Of a DNA stretch of 64,000 bases, positions 19,901-28,828 are shown in pieces (positions within the stretch are counted from its first letter, which is position 1; each line of letters begins with the position of its first letter). This DNA comes from a virus, in the IMG/VR virus record IMGVR_UViG_3300025789_001072, positions 66,705 to 130,704 of that record; one strand, 5' to 3'. Both the position numbers and the translations under genes were made by a program. The notes under the pieces are model-generated. The model saw only the letters and a program-made list of their open reading frames with translations, had not been told where the DNA came from and did no database searches.

Positions 19901-20171
19901 ATGGAGTATATCCTGCTGCTTGTTGTGCAGCAAAAAAGTTACTAGCAGCAGAAATGTTGTCATCTGGGTTTACTGTGCTACCGCCAGGATTCCATTGTGA
20001 CATGAATCCTTGAGTTTGTTGTAACGGACCTTTAATGCCCGTGCTACTGGTTGCATTTGGATCACCACTTGGATTTTCTACACCAAGTAGCGCAGCACCA
20101 GCGCCCGCTGGTAATCCTTTGGCCTGAAAGGCTGCATCAACTTTTGAACCAAAATTTGCATTATATGCCAT
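16911..20171 (-). CDS. Large tail/baseplate protein with N-terminal lytic transglycosylase-like domain
   Basis: VENPSGDPNATSSTGIKGPLQ...AYVIYQQGSGG; long Gly/Ala-rich region; two genes from PAAR. Confidence 0.6.
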   Translation of the reverse strand: MAYNANFGSKVDAAFQAKGLPAGAGAALLGVENPSGDPNATSSTGIKGPLQQTQGFMSQWNPGGSTVNPDDNISAASNFFAAQQAAGYTPSEAYVIYQQGSGGAHALFNSDPSTPISSLSPSLQHNLAVNGVDLNGTTGDAINHIEGQYAGGAGLAKGAGLDTSGVPTSNRTPPKGNGAVEGTNSGGTSFGGAGCAAAGLSPAGLMAMASAAVGGAMGVNSVLDAVTKAVGASPITGLASAVMSGGGNIVNAAMNAATGGISNVISSAVGNFAGGAGGLIATALNSISGGAFQALSQMGANILPSLTGVLPGGINGLVNSAIVGGLRGGVNGMLNGVVGNVTQGVVGNLLGPLNGVLKDSPFPNAIQQFGAAGGLNGMIQTVAQNMVGGGSGNMNNFVNNIGMASAYSGIANNVVGATAEAVAQQFGNGINGLGANIRNNNDLISYGLTSVTRDVGGAASDMLGLGNMDTSSLLRLQQPANVANQILNAGLGGVTGLTSSLVSAGLPVAGIDNPLHDAPVKAILNSITDTNAIGAVSSQFNITKPLQNLGQLTDFAHMCPNLAQSSPSQSFSDLGQQFISLGMTKGQTFSDYGTAFAKVDPGLNLQYLSQNPTPITSTAANSLMQTFGYGGGTLGEITTADFIGTAGGYVHNDTLPYIIDANTVIAARPEGQELTRRIGVLQSLVGGTYYVPGSPADSNSGSPAVADVIIVPDLGSFTTLDAAVLAAITYVEAQLTVIKNISDPTIQAIIQAAETAHAASCAQILKENHFIQTYNMNLFENSSNTPVTAYVFAAGLSGAGNDNGYGKIGHYIEQVASNNIYGDSIKAAMRMGRNAAALEPLGIQTDRFQLPHSQYYRDPMGFYMDAYTGNLPLTPSQLVDQIIPQTPQDLYIEMRNQTLIDNGYDPTVMLPAQADEKYYDLRWISTSPAVLENIGLNMLQEAVNRNILVIGNKCYVVGLDRSQNLFATMDQNGLLLNNNQLFVGTMLSVLNKMLYGDIGTTKYETPFFTDQMVYGMLEMLGQLTPHNIDALKQTLLGSVALGGFLDKLRAFFTTILNNTNTAMDRNDVNAWGGSGPDGDYTSPKRH

Positions 20172-20183
20172 CTATTTTTATTC

Positions 20184-21458
20184 CTAGTTCTTCTGTACTT
20201 TATAAACTATAGGTGTAAATGGTGCATCAATAGGTTCATCACTTTCAACTTTAGCATTTAACAAACCTGGTATAGCAATAGGAGCACCTGTTGCACTTAG
20301 TTTCTTTAATTTTAGTGGAGGCAATCGTAAATTTTGATCTTGATTGATACCTAAGTTATTGTTATTGCTATCTTTTAAGGTATCTAGTGCAGATTTTTGA
20401 TTTAGATATTGAGTAGCATCGCTGTGATAATCGGTAACTCGTGGCACATTTACACCTATGGCAGTTGCAAATTGATGAACTCTGCTATTCGCAATAAGTG
20501 CATTTGCATTGTTAGCATATATTAATGGATCGCTATCTGCAAGGTTTTGTATAAAATGAGAATTATATAAACTATTGCGAACATTTGTTGCATCTGTTCC
20601 AAATGCACGATGTTCAGTATCAAAATCACCAACGCTAAAGAAATCACCTGAGATGTTCAAGCCAGCATTGCCATATACATATGAATTTAGTAGTGCTGCG
20701 TTTGTAGTTTTAGTTGGCGCTAGATTTGGATCAAGATAGACATTTGCACGGGCGGTTGTATTCGTAAACACACTTGCTGGCAAATCAACTAATTGTCCAG
20801 TTACGCTATCACGAATTGGTGGATGATACTTGTGAACAAAACTTGCGCCTGGTATTAAACCACTCGTAGCCCATGAAAATAAATTACTGTTAAGTTGATC
20901 TAACTTAGGGTTAGTATTGACATCGCTATATGATGTTCCAAAAAGAGTAGTACTGTAAACTACAGGTGATTGTTTGTAAAATACCGTATTAGATACATTT
21001 GCCGCACTATTAGAATTTAATAGAATAACATTATTATCTATAACCATTTCTACGGTGCCAAGATATAGATTAGCACTATTTGTTGTAGAATTTGGTTGAT
21101 AGATTGCATCACCATATTTTAAGTTTGAGATAAATGCCGTATTATTTCCAAATACCATGTTAGTGATATTACTTGCTGTAATATTACCAATACAATTATA
21201 ACTGTATGCTATAGTATTTGCAGTAAATGCGGCTACTTTATAACTTGCACTATTAACAGCAAGATTAGCATTTGCTCGTAAAGTTATGGCAGTATTGCTT
21301 GTTACATAACCAACATAACCAATAAACACATTACCAACGTTAGCAATGATACTGCCTGGCATATAGTTTGTAAAAGTAGTTCCACTACCAATAACATTGG
21401 CATTAGTGCTAAATGTTGTGATAGTTCCACTGCCAGAGATAAAACTTCCAACAGGCAT
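20184..21458 (-). CDS. Virion tail/baseplate-associated protein
   Basis: Two repeated GTIT..NVIGSGTTF-type modules; adjacent to PAAR. Confidence 0.5.
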   Translation of the reverse strand: MPVGSFISGSGTITTFSTNANVIGSGTTFTNYMPGSIIANVGNVFIGYVGYVTSNTAITLRANANLAVNSASYKVAAFTANTIAYSYNCIGNITASNITNMVFGNNTAFISNLKYGDAIYQPNSTTNSANLYLGTVEMVIDNNVILLNSNSAANVSNTVFYKQSPVVYSTTLFGTSYSDVNTNPKLDQLNSNLFSWATSGLIPGASFVHKYHPPIRDSVTGQLVDLPASVFTNTTARANVYLDPNLAPTKTTNAALLNSYVYGNAGLNISGDFFSVGDFDTEHRAFGTDATNVRNSLYNSHFIQNLADSDPLIYANNANALIANSRVHQFATAIGVNVPRVTDYHSDATQYLNQKSALDTLKDSNNNNLGINQDQNLRLPPLKLKKLSATGAPIAIPGLLNAKVESDEPIDAPFTPIVYKVQKN

Positions 21459-21727
21459 TAGGCTAAACCTACCAACACATCTGCTTCAACTGGCAACATA
21501 ACGTGACGACATGCGTCTGGACTGCCTAAGAAACCTTGCGGTCTTAATCCTACAAGAACGCTTGCACTGCCCAATACAATAGGATTGGCAGGATGCAAAT
21601 GTGGATGCGGAGTAACCATATCACCAAAACGGCTTGATGGTCTGCCGTTCATGATGACAGTGGGATCACCTTGAAATGATACTCCACCACCGCTGTTAAA
21701 AGTTCCAAATTTTGCTGGAATAGGCAT
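21458..21727 (-). CDS. PAAR-domain spike tip protein (gp5.4-like)
   Basis: GDPTVIMNGRPSSRFGDMVTPH...GSASVLV...ACRH. Confidence 0.85.
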   Translation of the reverse strand: MPIPAKFGTFNSGGGVSFQGDPTVIMNGRPSSRFGDMVTPHPHLHPANPIVLGSASVLVGLRPQGFLGSPDACRHVMLPVEADVLVGLA

Positions 21728-21737
21728 TGACTCTCCT

Positions 21738-22034
21738 TTAGGCAGTAGCCAACGTCAGTCCTGTCGTTTTAGAAAGATACTGAGTGGCAATATCGCTTTC
21801 AGTTTTACCAGAAAGAACAACTGCTCTCTTATTTAACACAATCGTATCTGAGGGTCCAATACTATAAACTGCTGGCGCTAATCCAAATCCACCTTGTGGA
21901 GTAACAATCATAACCAGTGGCTTTAGCAACGTGTAAGTAGTAGCATCACTTTCACTAACACGACTAATGATTTCTTCGCCAGTGACAGTCTTAAAGGTAT
22001 AGACAGTATTCTTGTCAGTCTTATTGATTAGCAT
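21738..22034 (-). CDS. Small Sm-like T4-like phage protein
   Basis: FKTVTGEEIISRV...LLKPL...ATQY. Confidence 0.6.
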   Translation of the reverse strand: MLINKTDKNTVYTFKTVTGEEIISRVSESDATTYTLLKPLVMIVTPQGGFGLAPAVYSIGPSDTIVLNKRAVVLSGKTESDIATQYLSKTTGLTLATA

Positions 22035-22272
22035 TCTTTCTTTCCTGTAATTCGTTGATAGACAATTTACTTAGTCCACTGTAACCGCCCTCTACTAAAA
22101 GTTTGTCGTTGAAGTAAATCTGCGGCACAGTCTTATGACCTTCGGCTACAAGCCAATCACGAACACCCTCATCATTGATATGAACTTCAGTATATTCTTC
22201 ACCCCAACTGTTTAGTAGATGTTTTGCTCCATCGCAATATGGGCAGTTATCTTTTGTATAAAGTGTAATCAT
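22021..22272 (-). CDS. Glutaredoxin
   Basis: CPYC, TVPQI, GGY. Confidence 0.95.
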   Translation of the reverse strand: MITLYTKDNCPYCDGAKHLLNSWGEEYTEVHINDEGVRDWLVAEGHKTVPQIYFNDKLLVEGGYSGLSKLSINELQERKNANQ

Positions 22273-22275
22273 TGA

Positions 22276-23394
22276 TTATTCCTTTTCTATTACTTCTATT
22301 TTCCAATTTTTTGCTTTGCCACGATTTGGTATTCTATTATATAGATATGCGGCGTGAATGGTTGCAAAACTTAAATTTAATTTTTCACATAGTCCTTTAA
22401 GATTTCCAACCTGTTGATATACTTTACCCGTTGGAGATGTAAGTTTCCAATGGTTGCTAAAATAATGGTTTTCACCAGTTGGCATTATTCTATTTTCTTT
22501 AATTTTTTGTATAGTTTCTGGGCTATGATGTTTACCATACATTGGATTATTGCTGCCAGCAGTAAGTTCTCTAAACTTTGCACGAGTTTCTTCACTGTGC
22601 GTTTTAGGTCCATAACCGCCTCGATCTTTCTGCAATTGCGAACGCTTGGCTCTTTGGATTTCTGCACCTTCTTTGCCATATATTTGTTCATAAGTTTTTC
22701 CCTTATGATTTGGTGGTCTTGCATCTAAACATACATTTGTTAAAATACCATAAGGTTCATATCCCTTGCGACCATATCGCAATATTAAATCTTCTTCCAT
22801 TTTATAAGCAAGATTTTCATCAATAATATCTTCTGCAAGATATTCAACTTGTGGTTCTAATCCTGCTTTTCTAATAGCATCAATTTTATTTTCTTTGTGA
22901 ATATTATCACTTCTTGACATATCCCAAAGATGGGTTTGTGCTCTTTTTCCAGTCCCCTTGCCAATATAAAAAGGCATATTGTTTCTTGGGTCTATCAGAG
23001 CATATATATAATACATAATTTCAATCTCCTGATTATATTTATCAAGAGATAGAGAATATATATTATTTGTGATATATTTTTGTATATTATTTTTTAATTT
23101 GGCAAATACATTTGTATTTCTTTTATCAGCAAATGGAGTAATATCTATCAAGTTCCCATCACTATCTTGCCATACACTATGTAGTATTGCTTGATATCCC
23201 CACGCACTTTCTAAAAAGTAATAGCCAAGTATTTTTTTACCACCGTGTCCAAGAATATAATTTTTTACATTCGTATGGCATATATTTTCTTCACAACTTG
23301 CGTCAGGATTGGTTGGAATATTTCCCAACCAATCACAGCCAATATTACGAGCAAAGTCAGCAACACCATTTACTGACGGTATCAACCAAATCAC
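22276..23394 (-). CDS. GIY-YIG/NUMOD3 homing endonuclease fused to an unknown N-terminal domain
   Basis: YIYALIDP..FYIGKG..R..H at about aa 127; NPMYGKHHSPET NUMOD3; N-terminal CHTNV...ILHSVW...DITP. Confidence 0.8.
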   Translation of the reverse strand: MIWLIPSVNGVADFARNIGCDWLGNIPTNPDASCEENICHTNVKNYILGHGGKKILGYYFLESAWGYQAILHSVWQDSDGNLIDITPFADKRNTNVFAKLKNNIQKYITNNIYSLSLDKYNQEIEIMYYIYALIDPRNNMPFYIGKGTGKRAQTHLWDMSRSDNIHKENKIDAIRKAGLEPQVEYLAEDIIDENLAYKMEEDLILRYGRKGYEPYGILTNVCLDARPPNHKGKTYEQIYGKEGAEIQRAKRSQLQKDRGGYGPKTHSEETRAKFRELTAGSNNPMYGKHHSPETIQKIKENRIMPTGENHYFSNHWKLTSPTGKVYQQVGNLKGLCEKLNLSFATIHAAYLYNRIPNRGKAKNWKIEVIEKE

Positions 23395-24494
23395 AAACTA
23401 AATCCACTGAACGAATTACTATCAACATCTTGCTTGGTTCCACCAATAACATAACTTGAAATTTGCGTTTGTTGTGGAGCCACTTGAACATCTGCGCCAG
23501 CAATCCACTTTTGTGTCCATGGCAGTGGATTATTCTTTGTAGGATATACCGCACCAAGACCGATTGCTTGCATACGCTTGTTGGCAATAAACTCAACATA
23601 TTCAGCAAGTAGTTGGTAGTTCAATCCAATCATAGAACCATCCTTGAACAAATATTTTGCCCATGCCTTTTCTTGATTGACAGCATCATCAAATAACTTG
23701 ATGGCTTCATCACGACATTCTATTTCAATCTTTTCAAATGCTGGGTCATCTTTGGGAAGAAGTTTAAGAAGTGTCTGTGTGCCAGCGAGATGTAGATTTT
23801 CATCACGAGCAATCAACTTAATAATCTTTGCATTGCCTTCCATTTTCTTCAATTCAGCAAATGCCCAAGAGCAAGCAAATGACACATAGAAGCGAACACC
23901 TTCAAGAATGTTTACGCTCATAAGTGCAAGCCAAAGTGCCTTCTTGTGTTCATATAAAGCAAATCCAGGATGTTCCTTATCTGCATAAAAATTGTTCATT
24001 TCAATTAACTTGTCATAAAGTGCAGTAATATCGCCAGCACAATCAACAATTTCTTGAATATCCATCAGTTCATCAAAGATTTTACTTGGATTGGCATACA
24101 CATTACGGATAATATGAGTATATGAACGAGAGTGAATAGTTTCACTGAATGTCCAAGTAGTAATCCAAGTTTCTAATTCTGGCAAAGAGCAAATAGGACC
24201 AAATGCCACTGCTGGCGCACGACCTTGCACAGAATCAAGAAGAATCTGTCGCTTTAAATTGCTTGTAAAGATATGTTGTTCATTTGCCGTTAAGTCTTTG
24301 AAATCTTTGGCATCACGAAGAATATCAACTTCTTCTGGTCGCCAAAAGAATCCTAACTGCTTATCGGTCAGTTTATCAAACTGCTTATACTTTAGCGTAT
24401 CATAGCGTTGGATACTTACACCGCCGTTAGGGTCTAGGAATGCTAGTGACTTTGTGTGGTCGCTCTTGTCGTTTGCGTCAAATACCGTGCTCAT
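23391..24494 (-). CDS. nrdB: Class Ia ribonucleotide reductase beta subunit
   Basis: FFWRPEE, LLDSVQGR, ETIHSRSY, LEGVRFYVSF, RDENLH, ISSY. Confidence 0.97.
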   Translation of the reverse strand: MSTVFDANDKSDHTKSLAFLDPNGGVSIQRYDTLKYKQFDKLTDKQLGFFWRPEEVDILRDAKDFKDLTANEQHIFTSNLKRQILLDSVQGRAPAVAFGPICSLPELETWITTWTFSETIHSRSYTHIIRNVYANPSKIFDELMDIQEIVDCAGDITALYDKLIEMNNFYADKEHPGFALYEHKKALWLALMSVNILEGVRFYVSFACSWAFAELKKMEGNAKIIKLIARDENLHLAGTQTLLKLLPKDDPAFEKIEIECRDEAIKLFDDAVNQEKAWAKYLFKDGSMIGLNYQLLAEYVEFIANKRMQAIGLGAVYPTKNNPLPWTQKWIAGADVQVAPQQTQISSYVIGGTKQDVDSNSFSGFSL

Positions 24495-24520
24495 TATATC
24501 ACCTCAATTTTAATAATTAT
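24492..24520 (+). repeat. Imperfect direct repeat (nrdB RBS/start) matching 25240..25268
   Basis: cattatatcacctcaattttaataattat vs cataatattaccttaattttaattattat, 25/29 identical. Confidence 0.65.
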
Positions 24521-24528
24521 GTCATATT

Positions 24529-25242
24529 TTATAGTATATTGCAATCTTTTTTAGTTATAAATTCATATAATTCGTTGGCTAATATATGTTGACCTTCTGG
24601 TGAAATATGATAACCAGGGTCATCTTCACCTATTAATTTATAATCATGATATATTTCCTGAAATCCCAATCGTTGAGGTAAGAAATATCTATCAGTAAAC
24701 CAATCAGGCATTCCCAATTCACCATCAATATTAAACCATGGATTATAATAGAATTTAATACCTAACTCGTGTAAGGCCCACAATCCTTCTTGCAACACAT
24801 ATCGATCAAGTTGTCGTTGCCAATTAACATCATGCAAATAAGTTGCATATTGCGCTGCGGCCTCTTTTGCTTCCTTTGTCAATCCACGCATTCTACGATG
24901 TATTGGTCCATCAATGATATTCACTAATGTTTCGCTTAACATCACGCTATCGGGCGTAGCATCATAATTAAAATCACGCAATCTTAACTTGTTGCTTGAT
25001 TTAGCATTAGGATTTCTAGGTAATATAATACGGTCTGAACTAGTAGCCCCGATTATTACAACGTCAGATTTAAGTCTAATGGCTTCATCTATTTGAATTC
25101 TTATTGCGCCATTGCTTATGCCTTGCCTGGCAAGATTATGCAATTCTGCATTCATCTTGCCAGCCAATATTTCACTCCAGTGCGTATTGGGAGCCTTAGT
25201 TGCAACAGCACTAAAACTACATCCACAAACTGCTAACTTCAT
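24529..25242 (-). CDS. SGNH-like protein
   Basis: VCGCSFS, NLARQGISN, PGYHISPEGQ. Confidence 0.7.
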   Translation of the reverse strand: MKLAVCGCSFSAVATKAPNTHWSEILAGKMNAELHNLARQGISNGAIRIQIDEAIRLKSDVVIIGATSSDRIILPRNPNAKSSNKLRLRDFNYDATPDSVMLSETLVNIIDGPIHRRMRGLTKEAKEAAAQYATYLHDVNWQRQLDRYVLQEGLWALHELGIKFYYNPWFNIDGELGMPDWFTDRYFLPQRLGFQEIYHDYKLIGEDDPGYHISPEGQHILANELYEFITKKDCNIL

Positions 25243-25264
25243 AATATTACCTTAATTTTAATTA

Positions 25265-26023
25265 TTATATTGTTTTGTTAACATCAAATATAATTTTAAT
25301 ATTACCATTATTATCATGATAATATATCGGAGATAAATCTAAAATAAGAAAATCAATGTATTTTTTGTATTTTTTTTCTAAATTTTGTAAAACTTCAATA
25401 ATATATTCGTGAGTAATATGCCAATTTGATTGATTAATGTCAGTTGTTCCAAACAATTTTAATAATGTTTTTTCATCGGTGTATTCTATCATTTTCCCAA
25501 CATTGAATGTTATAAATCCTCTTCCATTTTTTTTAAAAATAGAAACAAATTTGAGAAATTGTTTCTTGATATTTGTAATTGGTATAAAATGCAATGAATT
25601 GATTGCCCATGCATATTCAACAAAATTTTTATTTTTTTCAGAAAATTCTTCAAATGTAATTTGCAAATCAGGGTGAGTTAGTAATGAATATACAGTATAA
25701 TCGTCGGAAATAAATTTTTCGTTATTTTTTCGAATTGGGTATGGTTCTATTGCAACAATACTAACAATATCTTTTAACAAAAGTTTAAAATAACTATTTC
25801 CAGCGCCAATATCATAAATTACATTTGGGTTCTGTCTCACTATATAATCCAAGTAATAATATATAATATGATTTGATTTATAATCTATTAAATCTCTTGG
25901 TCGATAATCAACAATATTTTTTAAGTATGACTGAATATCAAACGTTTTAATCGCCTCATAGTAGTTACTTTGATAAAAAGTTTCAATAAATTGATCTTGA
26001 TTATCAAATAAATTATTAGACAT
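25265..26023 (-). CDS. Class I SAM-dependent methyltransferase
   Basis: IYDIGAG, AIEP, AINSLHF, KKNGRGFITFN; start at TAATG overlap with nrdA stop. Confidence 0.7.
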   Translation of the reverse strand: MSNNLFDNQDQFIETFYQSNYYEAIKTFDIQSYLKNIVDYRPRDLIDYKSNHIIYYYLDYIVRQNPNVIYDIGAGNSYFKLLLKDIVSIVAIEPYPIRKNNEKFISDDYTVYSLLTHPDLQITFEEFSEKNKNFVEYAWAINSLHFIPITNIKKQFLKFVSIFKKNGRGFITFNVGKMIEYTDEKTLLKLFGTTDINQSNWHITHEYIIEVLQNLEKKYKKYIDFLILDLSPIYYHDNNGNIKIIFDVNKTI

Positions 26024-28329
26024 TAAATTGTACAACTTTCACAATTCTCTTGATCATCAAGAGTAGCAAATGCAGCAGCCAGTGGTTGTTCTTGAGACAA
26101 CTTGTTGACATCAATCTCACCTTGACCATCATTAGTATTAAAATAATACAGTGTTTTGATGCCATATTTGTAGCATAGAAGAATATGCCCAAGCATTTCA
26201 CTCATTGGAATCTTTTCATCTTCATAATGAGCAGGATTATATGAAGTGTTTGTTGAAATACTCTGATCAATATACTTCTGTAGTACAGCAACTAGTTTCA
26301 AATAACCTTCTGGTGATTTCTGATCCCATAGAAGTTCATACTTGTTTTTTAACTTACGGAACTCTGGAACAACTTGCTTCAACACACCATGTTTACTCTG
26401 CTTAATGGAAATAAGCGAACGAGGCGGTTCAATGCCGTTTGTAGCATTAGCAACCTGTGCTGATGTTTCTGCTGGCATAAGTGCCATAAGAGTAGAATTA
26501 CGAATACCATGTTCACGAAGACTTGCACGAAGTGATACCCAATCCATACGCTCCACATGTGGCACAAGTTCATCAACTTCACGCTTATATGTGTCAATAG
26601 GCAGAATACCCGCACCATACTTTGTTTCATCGTTTTTTGGCGCAGCACCACGTTCAATAGCAAGTTGATTGCTTGCACGAATAAGATAATAACTCCATGC
26701 CTCTGCATATTCATCAACGAGTGCCAACGCACGAGGATCACTATAACTCATATCATTCTTGGCAAGAAAATATGCAAAGTTAATTATTCCTACGCCTAGT
26801 GGACGACGATTCATAGTGCTCATCTGTGCTGCAATAACTGGATAGTTCTGGTAGTCAAGTAGCGCATCAAGACCACGAACCGCAAGGTCACACATCTTTT
26901 CAAAGTCTTTTGGTTCTTTAACATTGCCCCAATTAATCGCAGAGAGTGTGCAAAGTGAGATTTCACCTTCTTCATCAAAGATATGATTAAGTGGTTTTGT
27001 AGGCAATGCAATCTCAGCACACAAATTACTTTGCTTGATTACGGCTTTACTTTCAATAAACGCACCATGGGTGTTAGCATGATCAACATTCATAAGATAA
27101 ATGCGACCTGTATTCTTGCGCTCTTCCATGAACTGCGAGAACAAATCAATTGCTTTATAGGTTTTCTTGCGAATCTTTGGATTCTTCTCTGCCTTCTCAT
27201 ACAGTTCCTTGAACTTATCTTGGTCAGCAAAGAACGCATCATACAAACCAGGCACATCGCTAGGTGAGAAGCAAGTGATATCACCGCCACTTAACAGACG
27301 CTCATACATAAGTTTGTTAAACTGAACACCATAATCCATCTGGCGAATACGGTTATCTTCTGTTCCTTTATTGTTCTTGAGAACTAATAAATCTTCTACT
27401 TCATAGTGCCATAGCGGATAATAAAGAGTAGCAGCACCGTTACGAACACCGCCTTGTGAGCATGATCTAACTGCTGCTTGGAACATCTTATAGAATGGAA
27501 TTAAGCCTGTATGAGAGGCATCGCCACGACGAATAGGTGAGCCGATAGCACGAATAGAACCCGCCCCAATGCCAATGCCAGCCTTTTGTGAGACATACTT
27601 AACAATGGCACTGCTTGTTGCATTAATGCTGTCTAAACTGTCGCCAGTTTCAATCAATACACAAGATGAGAACTGACGCTGTGGTGTGCGAAGACCTGCC
27701 ATAATTGGCGTCGGTAACGAGATATCATGCTTAGAAATAGCATCATAATAATCACGAACATACTTTAGGCGTGTTTCTTGTGGATACTTGGCAAATAGAG
27801 TTGCTGCAATGAGTGCATAAGCAACCTGTGGAGTTTCCATAATTTCGCCAGTAACACGATTCTGCACCAGGTATTTGCCACGAAGTTGTTCCATTGCAAC
27901 ATAGGTAAGTTGCATATCACGTTCATGTTCAACAAACTTATTGATGCTTGCCCATTCTTCTTCTGTATAATCACTTAGTAGATTAGCATCATAGAAACCG
28001 CTGCCTACATTCTTCTTGATAATATCAATTAGCGGAAGCGGTTGATAGTCATTATATACTTGCTTGCGAAGATGATAATTTACAAGACGACCAGCAACAT
28101 ATTGATAATTTGGCGCTTCTTCTGAAATAAGATCAGCAGCAGCCTTAATTAACGTTTCCTGTACCTCAGTAGTTTTAATGTTATTATAAAATTGAATTTG
28201 ACTTCTAATTTCTAATTCACTTGCACTTACACCGCTTAGGTTTTCAGTTGCCCAAAATACTACCTTGTGAAGTTTTTCAATATCCAATGGTTCCTTGCGA
28301 CCATCACGCTTAATAACATTGATTGGCAT
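26023..28329 (-). CDS. nrdA: Class Ia ribonucleotide reductase alpha subunit
   Basis: ATP cone VIKRDG, FSSCV, CSQGGVR, SNLCAEI, MPAETS, KTLYY, C-terminal CESC; no intein. Confidence 0.97.
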   Translation of the reverse strand: MPINVIKRDGRKEPLDIEKLHKVVFWATENLSGVSASELEIRSQIQFYNNIKTTEVQETLIKAAADLISEEAPNYQYVAGRLVNYHLRKQVYNDYQPLPLIDIIKKNVGSGFYDANLLSDYTEEEWASINKFVEHERDMQLTYVAMEQLRGKYLVQNRVTGEIMETPQVAYALIAATLFAKYPQETRLKYVRDYYDAISKHDISLPTPIMAGLRTPQRQFSSCVLIETGDSLDSINATSSAIVKYVSQKAGIGIGAGSIRAIGSPIRRGDASHTGLIPFYKMFQAAVRSCSQGGVRNGAATLYYPLWHYEVEDLLVLKNNKGTEDNRIRQMDYGVQFNKLMYERLLSGGDITCFSPSDVPGLYDAFFADQDKFKELYEKAEKNPKIRKKTYKAIDLFSQFMEERKNTGRIYLMNVDHANTHGAFIESKAVIKQSNLCAEIALPTKPLNHIFDEEGEISLCTLSAINWGNVKEPKDFEKMCDLAVRGLDALLDYQNYPVIAAQMSTMNRRPLGVGIINFAYFLAKNDMSYSDPRALALVDEYAEAWSYYLIRASNQLAIERGAAPKNDETKYGAGILPIDTYKREVDELVPHVERMDWVSLRASLREHGIRNSTLMALMPAETSAQVANATNGIEPPRSLISIKQSKHGVLKQVVPEFRKLKNKYELLWDQKSPEGYLKLVAVLQKYIDQSISTNTSYNPAHYEDEKIPMSEMLGHILLCYKYGIKTLYYFNTNDGQGEIDVNKLSQEQPLAAAFATLDDQENCESCTI

Positions 28330-28342
28330 TTTATTTTCTCTT

Positions 28343-28828
28343 TCAAATTTTTAAATTTTTATGTGTTACGATGTTTATGAGTTCTGCCGATTCGGGGACA
28401 GAGAGACTATTTACAACCTCGCCTATATTGTAATTAAGCGTATATAATCCGTCTTCACATCGCAATAAATTAAGGTATTCATGATTTTTTCTATCCTTGT
28501 AAATCTCTATTTTCATAGTATCACGAAACGGATAAGAAGTATAGTATAAAGTGTAAAACATACCAAGAGCACGTGCTATATCGCAATAATTACCTTCACT
28601 AACCAAGGTCCAAGGATCAGGCCAGTCTCTGCAATCATCGTATTCAAGATAATTTGGAATAATTGGGCATTTAGCCCAATCTTGTGCTATGGTTTGCAAA
28701 TGGTTGCTTGCAATATTGCGACGATATTCTCGCCATTGTAATATTCTATCTGCAGAATTACCACTAAACCAGTTATAACATTTCGAGGTATCTGATAGCA
28801 TAATTGAGGAGACCTGTTCCATTTCCAT
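28343..28828 (-). CDS. Hypothetical phage protein, start uncertain
   Basis: WPDPWTL...YCDIARALGMFYTL. Confidence 0.65.
   Translation of the reverse strand: MEMEQVSSIMLSDTSKCYNWFSGNSADRILQWREYRRNIASNHLQTIAQDWAKCPIIPNYLEYDDCRDWPDPWTLVSEGNYCDIARALGMFYTLYYTSYPFRDTMKIEIYKDRKNHEYLNLLRCEDGLYTLNYNIGEVVNSLSVPESAELINIVTHKNLKI

Noticed and set aside
23391-28329. Possible intron or intein in nrdA/nrdB given the adjacent endonuclease
   Set aside because: Both genes are normal length with contiguous motifs; the endonuclease is free-standing
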